A DNA stretch of 64,000 bases. It comes from the human T2T-CHM13v2.0 reference genome, Homo sapiens. Below the pieces are notes generated by a model. It saw only the letters and a program-made list of their open reading frames with translations, did not search any database and was not told the DNA's origin. Positions 46,935 through 59,211 of the stretch are shown here, in pieces. The stretch's first letter is position 1, and each line of letters begins with the position of its first letter. The DNA is taken from NCBI RefSeq assembly GCF_009914755.1, contig NC_060928.1. One strand, 5' to 3'. The translations under genes and the position numbers were made by a program.

Positions 46935-47910
46935 TGCAATATAACACCAAAAGAACAAGCAACAAAAAACAGATCAGCTGAACTTCAAAATTAAAACTTT
47001 TCTGCTTCAAAGGACACCATCATAAAAGTAAAGAGATAATCCATAGGAGAAAATATTTGCAAATCATGTATGTGATAAGGGACTAGTTTCCAGAATATAT
47101 AAAGAATGTTTACAATATTCAACATTAAAAAGATAATCTTTTTTTTTTTAATGGGCAAAGGAGTTGAACAGATATTTCTCCAAAGAAGATATATGGTCAA
47201 TAAGCATGTGAAATGATGCTTATCATTAGTCATTATCCAAATCAAAATCACAATGGGATACAACTTCATACCTACTAGAATGGCTGAAATACAAAAGACT
47301 GACAATAAGTGTTTATGAGGTCGTGGAGAAATTACAATCCTCATACATTGTTGGTGGTATTGTAAAATGGTACAGCCATTTTGAGAGTTCCTCAAAGAGT
47401 TACACACAGGTACTATATTATCGAGCAATCCCACCCCATCCATATATACTCAAAAACGTATCTACACAAAACTTATATAAGAATGTTCACAGAAAAGCGC
47501 TCCTAATAGCCAAAAAAAGAAGTGGATACAACTCATTAACTGATGAATACACAAATGATATACAAAGAAATATTCAGCCACAAAAATGAATGAAACACTG
47601 ATACATGCTACAACATGAGTGAAGCTTTAAATATCATGCTAAATTAAAGAAGCCAGACACAAAAGGACAAATATTTTATGATTCTGTTTTTATAAAATGC
47701 CCAGAATAGGCAAACCTATACAAACAGAAAGTGTATTAGTGGTTGCCTAGGGCTGGGTGATAGAGGGCGTCCAGAAGAAGGATGATGAAAGTAACCTAAG
47801 ATTACAAAGTACTGGTAGTTGCATAACTTGGTGAATATATTAAAATATCACTGAATTGTACACTTAGAGATGAAATCTCCTGGTATATAAATTTCATCTC
47901 AATAAAACTG
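46935..47910 (+). mobile_element. L1MB/MC 3' region
   Basis: aacttttctgcttcaaaggacaccatc...actgatacatgctacaacatg...atctcaataaa. Confidence 0.85.
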
Positions 47911-48119
47911 TCACTAAAATTAATAAATTTGCTAAGATGAAATATACATGATAAGCATATAACACAAAGACGACTGCTTCCCTCTAACTCAAATATACGC
48001 ATCAATAGGGAAAAAAATGACAATAAGTTACTCTTTTGTACTTAATACAACTCCAGAAATCAGTTACCACCTTCTAAAGTAGTAAAAATCTGTTTAAGAG
48101 ATCTCTGTGGCATCATTTG

Positions 48120-48714
48120 CTCCTAAAAGTATTTATATTTATTACAAATTTACAGTAAACAGAACAGTATAACTGTTGAACATTTAGGCACCTACTGTAG
48201 TTACTATAAAATTTAAGAAAAATAATTTGGTCAAATATTTGCTGTTTCAAACACATTAAAAAGTATAATAAAAGAAGCCAATGCTTATCACTAAATATTT
48301 CCTCCTTAATAATCTGCTATTGACTATATTAAAAACAACCAAAAGCCTATACTATGACACCTCATTATGCAATGTCTCAGCACTTCTTTCCCATTCTGAA
48401 GCATATTTAATAACTTTAAAATCTATTATGATTAACCAAATCATTTTATATCTATATAATCACCATAGTACACAGGTATAAAATACTATGTAGTTGAAGT
48501 AAAATACATTCTGAGATTGACTCACCTACCTTTACTCAAAAATAAAAAAGTAAAAGCTTTATCTATGAAATCATAAGTTTATGAAATTCTTAACTACAGA
48601 CACCTACAAAATTTTTCATATTTTAAGCTTGGAACAAAGAATAATCTAAACAGGAAATGCATAGACCCTGACCACAGTATTTGGTTCATGTTGGCATGTT
48701 GCAGCAAACAGGAC
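48120..48714 (-). other. Candidate composite exon: terminal (PAS 48138-48143) or internal (donor at 48526)
   Basis: Acceptor ctcctccttgtatttag|GTCCTG; donor TAG|gtgagt at 48526 with overlapping AAG|gtaggt at 48530; AU-rich UTR-like tail ending in AATAAA. Confidence 0.5.
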
Positions 48715-49102
48715 CTAAATACAAGGAGGAGTCAAGCAATGGATGGCTAAAGAACAAATCTGTATTAGTGTTTTCACAAAAAAGAAATACTACAAAATCT
48801 CAAGTAGGGGAAATCCTGTTTTATTCATAAAGTATTAGCATTCCTGCTCACTAAAACCATTTCTTTCCTTGAACTCTTAATAATAAGGCTGTACACTGAA
48901 AGAATCTCTGGACACAACATAAAGAACAAGAGAGAAAAGGATTGGAATAGGTTTAAGGAGACAAAAATTCTAGTAACCAAGTAAAATTTAAAATATTAAT
49001 TATAACTATAATTTACACTCACTATTGTAAATGTCATTCATGTAGCATATGTGTAAACTTAAGTAACACGCAAAATATTTAACATGGAGAATATTTACTT
49101 AC

Positions 49103-49150
49103 CAAATATTTAGATAGCCTTTTTAAAATCCTGCTGGTGGTTGAGATTCC
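49103..49150 (-). other. Candidate internal exon (48 nt)
   Basis: Acceptor aattttattatatag|GGAATC; consensus donor TTG|gtaagt; one open frame GISTTSRILKRLSKYL. Confidence 0.6.
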
Positions 49151-50515
49151 CTATATAATAAAATTTTTTAAAAAAGAAGATGAAACCATTTTCAACTTCA
49201 GAGTTACACCTACTCTGTAATGTCTACCTAAGAATTCCATTTAATGACGGTAATTTGTTTCAGTAAAACAGTTTAAAATCCAAACCATATGCTAAAACTT
49301 TGGTATATTATACATATGAAACAATTTTTTCATAGCCTTATAATTTAAATTTTATAGGTAATATATAGAGATGCTAATGAATTATAAAGACATTGGCTGA
49401 ATTTACTAGACCATGTAAAGAATGAGCTCTATCACAACTTAGACAAAAAATTATAGATCAAGACCACGGCATGCTAACAATGTCTTAGGGAAGCATTCAT
49501 GCATTCAGTTCTTCCTGACAATCAACATATAATGTAACACATTCTGGTATCTAGTTACCATCTTTTAAGTGGCACCTAGACAATCTAACTATAGAGTCTA
49601 CTGAGTTAAAACAGAGCCAATAAAGTGGGAAAATATTTCACACAGTATTCATTCTATGTTTATTAAAAAATTAACATGAGGAAGCATTTAAAAATCCATC
49701 CTATGTTGGTACTTAAAAATTAAAATATTTTATGCATAACAAAAAGAAATGTATAATGGGCAAATCAATTTTACTATTTACAAAAGCTAGCGGTTAATAA
49801 TTTTATAATAAACTTATAGTACAAATCCTTTGCATCAAGTCGAGTCCAATTTATTTCAAAAATCTAGAATAAAAAGCACTAAATAATATTTATGAAGCTC
49901 TTCTTGTCTGCCAGGCAATTTACTCTGTATTTGAAAAAGCATATACATACATTTTTTAATCACCTCATGCCTCACGGAGATTAAGTCATCTGCTTAAACA
50001 TTGTAGCTGCATTTGATGATAAAACTCAGTATTTTTAAACTACCAGTATGACTCCTCAAAAACAAAACATAACAAATAAGACATAAAATGACATATTAAG
50101 TAAAACTGACTGCCTTCTCTAAAGTCAGGAATAAAGCTGTTTTTAAATTCCTCTTAAAGAATCTGCAGAGTAAAAATCACATATCATAACTAGCAGAAAA
50201 TGTTGCCATACTAGAAATTATAATATCACATATAAAAATAAAAATGCTTTCTCATGAGTAAGCCACATCAATAGATTTTCTATGACTACTACTGTTAAAA
50301 TCAAAATCAGTAAAATGAATAACATCTATCCACAAGCCACAGAAAAGGTGGGAAAAAAAATAAGATATATTAGAGACCTATATATATAAAATTTTAAATA
50401 ATAAAGCTTATATAGTGACAAGATAAATACTGTCACGATATTTAGGCATAGATTTAATACACAGCACATAAAAAAACTGAATTTCATTACAAACAAACAA
50501 TTTCATTACAATTAC

Positions 50516-50778
50516 AGGGAGGGAAGGAAGGAGGGAAGGAAGGAGAGAAGGAAGGAGGGAAGGAGGGAAGGAAGGAAGGAAAAAGGGAAGGAAGGAGGGA
50601 AGGAAAGAGAGAAGGAAGGAGGGAAGGAAGGAGGGAAGCAGGGAGGGAAAGGGGGAGGGAAGGGGAAGGGAATGGGGAGGGAGGGAGGGAGGGAAGGATG
50701 GAAGGAAGGAAGGAGAGAGAAAGGAAGAGAGAAAGAGAGAGGGAAAGAGGGAAAGAGAGAAAGAAGGAAAGAAGGAAA
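50516..50778 (+). repeat. (GGAA)/(GA)-rich polypurine tract, about 260 bp
   Basis: Almost exclusively G/A. Confidence 0.95.
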
Positions 50779-50779
50779 T

Positions 50780-51090
50780 GACTGGCGCAGTGGCTCACAC
50801 CTGTAATCCCAGCATTTTGGGAGACCCAGGCAGGAGGACTGCTTGAGGCCAGGAGTCCGAGATTAGTGTGGGCAACATAGTGAGATTCTGTCTCTACAAA
50901 AAAATTTAAAAATTACCCAGGTGTGGTGGCACATACCTGCAGTCCCAGCTACTCAGAAGGCTGAAGCAGGAGGACTGCTTGAGCCCAAGAGTTCAAGGCC
51001 GCAATAAGCTATGATAAGGCCACTGCACTCCAGCCTGGGTGACAGAGTGAGACCCTGTCTCTTAAAAAATAAAATAAAATTTAAATAAAT
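50780..51090 (+). mobile_element. AluJ
   Basis: ggaggactgcttgagcccaagagttcaaggc. Confidence 0.92.
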
Positions 51091-52203
51091 TAAAAATGAA
51101 AATGCAAGCTACAGTGTAGGAGAAAATATCAGCAATGCACATGTTCCACTAAAGACTCATACCCAAAATATATTCTTTAAAAATACTTCAACTCAACAAA
51201 AAAAACAAACCGATTTTTAAGATAGGCTAAAGACCAAACAAAACTTCACAAAGACATACTACTACCCTCCAAAATGACTAACTTTTATCTAAAAAAAGAC
51301 AATACCAAGTGTAAGCAAAAATCTGTAGCAACTGACATTCTAAAATACTGCAGGTAAAAATGTATAATAATATAATACAAACAGTATGGGAAACTGTTCG
51401 GAAGTGTCTACTAAGCTGAAGATAAACCCAAAGACTAAGTGATACTACCCCTGAGCATACACTCAATGGAAATGTGTACATATATGCACAAAAAAATATG
51501 TACGAGAATTATCACAGCAGCACTATTTGTAAGAACCCAAAATTGATATAATTTGAATGTCCATCAGCAGAAGGGAGAAATAAACTAAGGATATTCACAC
51601 AATGAAACCCTAAGCCTCAGTGAAAATGAAAAATGCTGTAAGCCAAATATCCATCTCAAAAACATACTGCTGTGGGAAAGAAGCCAGTTTGAAAAAACTT
51701 ATAAATCATATAGTCTTATATACTTTATGATTTATAAAAATTCAAAAAAAAGCCAAGCTAATCTCTAATTACAAAGTCAGAATATTAATTACCTTTCATG
51801 TAAAGGAATATGACAGATACAGGGAAGCTCCTGAGAAGCTGATATCTTGATCTGGGTTGTGGTTACAAAAGTGTGTTCATTTTGTAAAGTTCATCAATAT
51901 AAAAAGCTCATATATACTTTGTGTATGTAAATTATACAATTTTTAAGTTTTTCTAATCAAAGATGAAAAATTACCTCTCAATAACTTTAAGCCATCACAC
52001 TAATTTACTAATTAAAAAATCTGAATCTCCTAATAATGTATTTCAATTTATTTCTATTTATTATATAAAGGTAAATTAAATATCTCTGGTCATTTTATAT
52101 AAATATGTTTAAGAGTAGTTTCAATATAAATTTTACCAGCAAGGGATTCCTTATTATTTTCTACTAATGATAAAAAAAATTTCCCGTAAAATCTTGCTAA
52201 TGC

Positions 52204-52424
52204 CCAGCCTGGCAACATAGGGAGACCCCGTCTCTATGAAAAATACATCTTTTTACTTAGCTGGGTGTGGTGATGTACACCTGTAGTCCCAGCTACTCAG
52301 GAGGCTGAGGTGGGAAGATAGCATGAGCCCAGGAGGTGAAGGCTACAGTGAGCAGTGACCTGCACTGCACTCCAGGCTGGGCGACAGAGCAAGACTGTCT
52401 CCAAAAACAAAAACAAAAACAAAA
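52204..52424 (+). mobile_element. 5'-truncated AluJ
   Basis: TSD tcttgctaatgc. Confidence 0.9.
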
Positions 52425-52657
52425 GTCTTGCTAATGCTTTCCTAGACAGACTCAAGTTAAATTTACAAATATGTAATTCTGCACACATTTTAAAAGCATT
52501 AATAGTTTAGTAAGATGTTGATTTCAAAAGCAACCAGATAGCCAAGCCAGGCATTCATAAAAACTTTAAAGCAAAGTACTCGGCCCTGTTGCTTAGAAAA
52601 TCTTACATTTTTTAAAGCAGTACCTTTGGAATCTTTTGAAGAAAAACCTGTATATAT

Positions 52658-52860
52658 ATTTTAAAAGATGAGGTCTTACTCTTTTGCCCAGGCTGAAGTG
52701 CAGTGGCATTACCATAGCTCACCACAGCCTCAAACTCCTGGGCTCAAGCAATCCACCTCAGCTTCTGGAGTAGCTAGGACTACAGGTGTGCACCACCACG
52801 CCTGCCTAATTTTTTTTTTATTTTCCATAGAAACTGGGTCTTGTTATGTTGCCCAGGCTG
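52658..52860 (-). mobile_element. Partial AluJ
   Basis: Reverse-complement right arm plus part of the left arm. Confidence 0.9.
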
Positions 52861-53729
52861 CACAAAACTGACTTTTTAAGTCAGTCTAACTCCACAACCT
52901 CTCCAAGCATGAAACATGCTTCTTCCAATTCAGATACTTATCTTTCTAAATGGCATATTTTCACCAAGAATAACTTGAGACTTACAGTGATCATTATGGG
53001 CAACTTTTGATATGAACAAAATTGTTAATTTGAAAGGCACTCTAGAACAAAAAAGGAAAAAATCCCTCCCTTATGAGAAATTTGTCTTTTCTTCCTAAAA
53101 GAGAAAGATTAACTTATTGAAAATAAGGGAAACCTCCCCAGGGGTCACATATCTCAGCAAAAAAAAGACAAATACTAGACAGACTAGGAATATAGTTTAG
53201 GGTCCACTTTGAAGCCAAGAGCCAATGGTGACCAAATTAAGACAACAGATCCCATCCCAAACCTAAATAGCCCACAGAATCAGATAAAGGCTTATTAGGA
53301 AAATTAACCAAACTTTATAACTTCTAGTAACATTAAAGATCTCAGAGAAGACTGCAAAGATACAAGCAAAACAATCTTCCCTTAAAAGATGCACAATGAA
53401 TTCAGCGACTGTATGCTGGTCATTCAGCAGTAAGTCTAATGAAGACTGCTCATGAATTCTAACCATGTAAATACTGGTAGTTTTAAATCTAGCATGTTTA
53501 GATAGTGTTCGTAAATTATTTTCCTAAGAGACTAATTATTTTGTTTTCAATTTTAATTATGGCGGTAGAAAAGTTGTAGCCAGCCAGGTAAAGGTTTTTA
53601 AAAAGCACAGACAACTAGTCAAGAGTTCTAAGTAGTTATGTGAACATCAGATTTTGAATGATCTAGGACAAAGCATTAGAAATCAATTCTCAAATTACCC
53701 ATCACCTATTTGATTTAGCCTAATTGTAA

Positions 53730-54119
<390 letters not shown>

Positions 54120-54124
<5 letters not shown>

Positions 54125-54272
54125 ATGGTAGCAAACGCCAGTAATCCCAGCTACTCAGGAGGCTGAAGTGGGAGAATCACTTGAACCCAGGAAGCAGAGG
54201 TTGAGTGAGCAGAGATTGTGGCACTGCACTCCATCCTGGCTGACAGAGCAAGACTCTGTCTCAATAAATAAA
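54120..54272 (+). mobile_element. Alu right arm fused head-to-head to the preceding Alu
   Basis: ccggcatggtagcaaacgccagtaatcccagctactc. Confidence 0.9.
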
Positions 54273-54320
54273 TATATGTATATTTATTTATATATATTAA
54301 TAATAATAATGATAATAAGA

Positions 54321-54600
54321 GGCCAAGTGTGGTGGCTAATGCCTGTAATCCCAGTACAAGTGGGAGGATCACTTGAGACTGGAGTTCAAGACCAGCCTGT
54401 GAACACAGCAAGACCTCATCTCCACAAAAAATAAAAAACTTAGCCAGGCATGATGGCACATGCCTGTAATCCCAGCTACTCAGGAAGGCGGGGCAGGAAG
54501 ACCACTTGGGCCCAACAGTTTGAAGCTGCAGTGAGCTTTGATCATACCGGTGCACTCCAGCCTTCGCAACTGAGCAAGACCCCATCTCTAAACATAACAC
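54321..54600 (+). mobile_element. AluJ
   Basis: Diverged dimeric Alu. Confidence 0.9.
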
Positions 54601-54609
54601 TAATAATAA

Positions 54610-55830
54610 AAGAGTAATAAAACACCAGGAACAAAGCAAAGATGTGTTTTTACCACCTCTATTCAGCATTGTCCTGGAAAGCTCTAGCAAGTGCAATTAA
54701 GAAAGGAAATGAAATAAAAGGTATACAAATTTAAAATGAAATTTTGTAAAACAGCCTTTATTCAAAAGCATGTTGTCTATATAGAAAATCCAAAGGGTTT
54801 TATGATTATGATTTTAACAAGTTGTGGAATATAAAATCAATATGTAAAAATCGACCATATTTTTATATATCAGCAATAAGTTAGTACATCAAAAATTTTT
54901 AAAGCAGTAGCACTCACAATAGCATCTGGAAAAGATACACTTCCACAAAATATGTGCAGGATCTGCATGCTGAAAACTATAAAGCACTGATGAAAATAAT
55001 CAAAGACCTAAAAAATGGAAAAATAACTATATTCATGGATTGGAAGGCTCAATATTGGCAAAATGTCAGTCTCCTCAGACTGACATGTACATTAAACATA
55101 ACACCAATCAAAATCTCAAAGTATCTTTGTAGCTATCAACAAGCTGATTCCTAATTTATAAAGAAAATGCAAAGGTACTATAATATCCAAAACAATTCAG
55201 CAAAAGAACAAAATTTGAGAACACTAATTTCAATAACTACCATAAAACTGTTACTATTTAAGGCAATGATGTATTAGCAAGAGGACACACACAGAAATCA
55301 ACAAAACAGAATAATAAATCCAGCAAAATATACTTACAAATAAGGGCAATTGATTTTTGACAAAGGTAAAAAGGCAGTTCACCGAAGGAAAAGATAGTCT
55401 CTTCAACAAATAGTGCTAGAACAAGTAAATATCCATACGCAAAAACAATGAACCTGAACTCTACCTCATAACTTATGCAAACAAAAGGTAATGCAAGACA
55501 GATCACAGATCTAAATGTAAGACACAAAATAATAAAACATCTGGACAAAACAAAGAAAAAAACTCTGTGATTTTCAACTAGGCAAAAAGTTCCTAAGACA
55601 ATTCATAAGAGAAAAACCTGATAGTAATCAAAATTAGAAACTTCTGTTCTGTAAAAGAGATTGAAGAATATGAAAAGACAGGTCACAGACTCAGAGAAAA
55701 TACTTGCAAATCACACATCTGACAAAGGACTGTACCCAGAATCAAGAAAGAACTCTCAAACTCAACAATAAGAAAGCAAATAACCTGATTTTAAAAGCCA
55801 GCTAACTATTTGAACAGATACTTCACTATC
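54610..55830 (+). mobile_element. L1M ORF2 fragment
   Basis: ORF 54954 QDLHAENYKALMKIIKDL matches degenerate L1 ORF2. Confidence 0.85.
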
Positions 55831-55912
55831 TTCTGTCAGATAAATCAGAGTGGTATACTCATGAAAAAAATTTGCCTTAAGACAAAATAGTATAGAAATG
55901 AGCAGAAAATAT

Positions 55913-56396
55913 TATTGGGAGACAATTTTCTATGAGACTCTCATGTTTCTGCACCTCTTAGGAGCAAGACACTCAACTACCCTTTTGGTCTGCACTATCC
56001 TTTTGAGGATACTTTTACAGCAATAGTGTTGGGAGACAAAGACAGTATCTTGCTCCAAAGCAAAGAAAGGCATTCTTACTTCCTATTATACACTACTATT
56101 CAGATTCTGTAAGAAGCTGAGGATTCCGCATCTGTTATGCAATCCACAGTGTGTACAAGCATCATGTAGCCCTCCTCTTCACACTACTATATGGGAACCA
56201 GGGCTTGGAAAAGCGGCAAAAAAAAAAAAAGGAAGCTAATACTCTGGTCACTGCTACTGCTTGCTGCACTAATAAACTGTCCTTCAACTCCAACTCAGGA
56301 GTCTCATATCTTTAACCACCATCCATAAAACTACAACTGAGTAACTGCTAGCTTGCAAGTAGGGTAAAATGTCAAGATTCTTCACAGTTCTTGACA
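55913..56396 (+). mobile_element. LTR40-type ERVL solo LTR
   Basis: t(a)ttgggagacaattttctatgagactctcatgtttctgcac...ttcacagttcttgaca, with internal aataaa. Confidence 0.75.
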
Positions 56397-56514
56397 ATGG
56401 GACTCTAGTTCCAAAGGGGTAGGTCAATATTAGAAAAATATAAAAGTTCTAAGAAGGATCCAAATAAGGCCATTTGGAAAAGTATTAGCAGTCATCGGAC
56501 CTATCATCTCTTAC

Positions 56515-56644
56515 CAGAGTGACATACTTCTATTTTTGTGTGTTTCCTTCCACCCTCATTGAATACGTATTTTAACAACTATACGCATTTGGAAATCTTA
56601 CAAAGCCAAACAATGAAAATGTCTCAATCCAATTGCAGCATCAT
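56515..56644 (-). other. Candidate internal exon (130 nt, stops in all three frames)
   Basis: Acceptor ...ccggattctctttag|ATGATGCTG; donor CACTCTG|gtaaga. Confidence 0.55.
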
Positions 56645-57219
56645 CTAAAGAGAATCCGGTAGAAGTATTTAAAAGAGGAGACATTAAATTTGGGGGAAAA
56701 AATAGTAAACCCCAAAAAAACCCATAAATACTCAACCACTGCATATTTGTCATTTGAATTTTTCATATATCATCCCAGTATTTCCCAGTTTTGCTTCTTA
56801 ACATTTTTGCATTTTTAGGATATTCTTAAATATGATCAGGTCAATAACCATCTACTGTGCTGAGTTACTTGTCCTTTTGAGCTCTTCTTTTTCTGTGTCC
56901 ACAATCTAGGAAACATGACACCTTTTCCAGTTTGGTTTATTTCTATAGGGCCAAAAGCAGAAAGTGTTTTTTAATCTGCAAATTTAAATTGTTGACTCTG
57001 TATATCTTAATGTGAAACAGAAAGGACAATAAATAACATGATATGAGAGTATTGAGCTAAAATTCTTTACTGATACTCTTTTTCATTTATATAGCTGTAA
57101 TATTTCAAAATGCATATAATTTTTAATACATTTTCAAAGAGGCAGCAATGAAACAACAAAATTTTATTAGTGAAAATATTTTTCACAAGTAACATCAAAA
57201 TACAAACTTTTACTTTAAA

Positions 57220-58080
57220 AATATTTTTGTATCATAAAATATACATAAAATGTACTATTTTAGCCATTTTTAAATGGACAATTCAGTAGCATTGAGTACA
57301 TTCAGAATGTTGTACAATTATCACCACTATTCATTTCCAGAACTTTTCATCATTCCAAATAGAAACTCTATACTCATTAAGCAAACTTCTCATTCCTCCC
57401 TCACCCTAGGCCTTAGTAACTTCTATTATACTTGCCAGCTTTATATATTTGCCAGCTTGGGGTATCTCATCTAAGTAGAATCATACAATATTTTCTGTCT
57501 AGCTTATTTCACTTAGCACAATGTTTTCAAGGTTTATCTATGTTGTACCATGTACCAAAATTTCATTTGTATTTATGGCTGAATAATATTCTACTATATG
57601 TATAAACACATTTGTCCATTCATCTGTTCACAGACATTTGGCCTTTTTCATCTTTTATTTAGTATGAGTAATGCTGCTATGAACACTGCTGTATAAGTTA
57701 TCCAGTTTGTGTCCCTTCTTTCAATTCTTTTGGAGATAAGCCTAACAGTGAAATTGTTGGATGATACAATCATTCTACATCAAACTTTTTGAAGAACTGG
57801 TAAACTGTCTTTCATAGCAGCTGTACCATTTTACGTTCCCACCAGTAGTGCAGGCATGGTTCCAATTTTCTCCACATCCTTCCCAATCCTTGCTATTTTC
57901 TGTGTCTTTGCTAATAGCCAAATTGTATCTAAATGTGGTTTTGATTTGCATTTCTCTAATGACTACTGGTGTTGAGACTCTTCATATGTGTTTATTGGCC
58001 ATTTTATATCTTCTTTGGAGAAATATCTGTTCAAGTCCTTTACCCATTTTTGAATTAGGTTTTTGTTTTGCTGTTGGGCA
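57220..58080 (-). mobile_element. L1MB 3' region
   Basis: acaattcagtagcattgagtacattcagaatgttgtacaa...ttggagaaatatctgttcaagtcc. Confidence 0.88.
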
Positions 58081-58654
58081 TAGTACTTTTCTAAGGTTAT
58101 AAAAAAATTACAGGCAATCTTGCTTTAATGAAATTAACTGAGTCAACTGTTATTCTCAGATTAAAGAACTAAAATAGGCTTAAAAGCAGTAATCTAATAA
58201 ACGATAAACAAGGATGTAGTAGATGTGATTACACAGCTATGAAATAAAGCAGAATATGATGATAGTGAATGTCCTTCCAAGCAAGCTACTTTGGAAGACA
58301 GTTACACATAAGCTGAGCTTTCATCAATGGAGACGAACCTCCTAAGAGATGCAAATGACAAATATTTTATATTTACTGATTTTATCATAGACTATACTGA
58401 GTAGTGAAACATATCTTTTAAAACAAGTCTTACAAAGTAATAAAACCATTAAGACATCTAGTCAAAAAAAAGTAAAAATAAGGTAAGCTAGTATCTTGAT
58501 GTTTTCTCAAGTGTCTCAAAGATATCTATTTTTAAGCCTTCAGGGTTGAGAGAGCAATCCAAGGGCAAATGAAAATTTATGTATAACATTTGCCTGTTAA
58601 ATCTCTTTGGTCTCGCCTGTCCTAGAATAGTCTCTCGCACACACACATATCTTT

Positions 58655-59209
58655 TTCTTAAGACAATGATGTGTCAGGACTCATGGCCAGTTTTCTTACA
58701 GAATGTCCCACATCCTAGATTTGTCTGACTGCTTCCCAGAATGTATTCTGACTTACTCCACAACTTCCTGTATTTCTTGGAAACAAGATCAAGTCTAGAA
58801 ACCTGACTGGATTGTAGATAAACATTAGGCAAGAATACACCCAAGGTTACATCATTCCGCATTATATCATAACAAAAGGAACATGGTATCAGGCTGTCCC
58901 ATTATAAGTGTGACCACTTAGTTCAAGTGGCAATCTATAGATCTATTGCAAAGGCACATTTTCCCTTTGTAGTCGTACAAGATTTACAGAATAATTGGGC
59001 ACCACTGCATACGTATCATGTTCACAGCACTCTTACACCTAAAGGTTTTGGCATCCATTGATGCTGTTGGCACAGATTGTTTCTTTGGAGTTTACAGTAC
59101 AGTTTTCCAGTTCTAACACTGCTACTACAATTCTCTAAAGGAGGGCCTTCCTTTTCTTCTTATCTCTCTGGACTCATGGATTATTTTTTTCAATCAAAGG
59201 TTTTACAAT
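58655..59209 (-). mobile_element. Old L1 (L1MC4-like) 3' end, split by Tigger1 and continuing about 61600-62050
   Basis: cagaatgtcccacatcctagatttgtctgactgcttcc...ggcaagaatacac. Confidence 0.6.
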
Positions 59210-59211
59210 TA

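Larger units (their letters stand above)
50180..51950 (+). mobile_element. Old L1 (L1ME-type) interrupted by a purine tract and AluJ
   Basis: Degenerate L1 ORF2 and 3' UTR motifs. Confidence 0.65.

Noticed and set aside
52624-52647. 24-nt ag/gt unit on minus
   Set aside because: No pyrimidine tract (Alu tail remnant) and a weak donor gtactg.
54151-54696. Longest ORF (181 aa)
   Set aside because: Antisense Alu translation.
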